From: Ostrea edulis
Lineage: Eukaryota
Assembly (NCBI RefSeq): GCF_947568905.1
Contig: NC_079169.1
Span: forward strand, 90,148,001-90,212,000
Length of the DNA stretch: 64,000 nucleotides
Direction: 5' to 3'
Shown in pieces: positions 63,238-64,000 of the stretch. Numbering within the stretch: the stretch's first letter is position 1; every line of letters begins with the position of its first letter. The position numbers were made by a program, and so were the translations under genes. The notes under the pieces are model-generated. The model searched no databases. It saw nothing but the letters and a program-made list of their open reading frames with translations, and had not been told where the DNA came from.

Positions 63238-64000
63238 ATACAACATAGAATATAGATAGAAACAAAAAATATACAGAATCTACTTGTGATCTTAGTCAAA
63301 TTCATATTTTCGTAGATGGATATCATTGAATTGAAAACAGCAAAGAAAAATAATTCATTTTTGAAAATACATGCGACCGTCAACTCTGTATACTTCATGA
63401 GGCGTGTTATTCAAAAACGAAATTTATTATTTAGATTTACATTCTATTTTCATTTCCCAGCCGTGTTATATTTATCAAGATTCATACGCGCATTGTTCAC
63501 AACTGCTGAACACTCATGAGGAAATGGCTATCGTTACAATTTGTAAAGATACCAAAGACAAAGGCATTGGAAATGTACAAATATTAAACGATTACATTTA
63601 CAACATGTCATTTACACTTGATTTTTGTTTTCAAAATGACATGACAATATGTTGTACAAAGTGTTCTCGCCAGGAACGGATATTCTCTAGCATGATGAGA
63701 GTGTGTGGATGTACATGTATGTTAATGATTACACGCACTATGTTGTCTTAAGTCTCTTCACAATCACAGATCATTTGTTGGATCAAGAATGGTATAAGTA
63801 TTTGCAGTCCCTGTGTATATTTACAATATTCAAGAATCTTCAAGAAGTAATTCGACTCATAAAAAATACAACATAGAATATAGATAGAAACAAAAAATAT
63901 ACAGAATCTATTTGTGATTTTAGTCAAATTCATATTTTCGTAGATGGATATCATTGAATTGAAAACAGCAAAGAAAAATAATTCATTTTTGAAAATACAT
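63238..64000. repeat. Direct duplication with 628-bp period, running off the window end
   Basis: ATACAACATAGAATATAGATAGAAACAAAAAATATACAGAATCTA... at 63238 and 63866, nearly identical for the available 135 bp. Confidence 0.85.

Noticed and set aside
1-64000. Frequent TACATGTA palindromes and poly-C/poly-G runs as a regulatory code or G-quadruplex system
   Set aside because: They are ubiquitous background features of oyster-type genomes, mostly within repeat remnants, with no positional pattern here.

Overview
AT-rich eukaryotic genomic DNA. The repeat families (pearl/HINE elements with ~165-bp cores, the oyster-type SINE, abundant TACATGTA) point to an oyster (Ostreidae); this taxon call is an inference. 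Two protein-coding genes are supported, both on the + strand and both largely invisible in the ORF track. (1) A 7-exon gene (13117-40541, ~1638 aa) predicted to encode signal peptide - short pro-segment (with a 15-nt microexon) - one EGF module - transmembrane helix - a ~1,470-aa disordered cytoplasmic tail. The 1424-aa ORF in the track is its last exon. (2) The 3-exon homeobox gene even-skipped/Evx (54073-58960, 315 aa). The first 44 kb is packed with mobile DNA. It holds a 4.4-kb variant-coded minisatellite with nested 284/516/1462-bp higher-order duplications, a frameshifted intron-containing Crypton tyrosine-recombinase element, SINEs and Helentron-type HINEs. It also holds a hAT derivative with a 6-bp TSD, two CpG-rich IS3EU-like foldback elements, and six TIR elements with 9-10-bp TSDs (AcademH-like). 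Two of those six (2,190 bp and 10,920 bp) sit side by side, with TSDs only 2 bp apart, and make up 13.1 kb of the 15-kb intron 6; the empty site can be rebuilt from a paralogous repeat unit in the window. The Evx neighbourhood (44-62.7 kb) is comparatively TE-poor and contains one 138-N gap. All coordinates were read by eye; no alignments or database searches were run.
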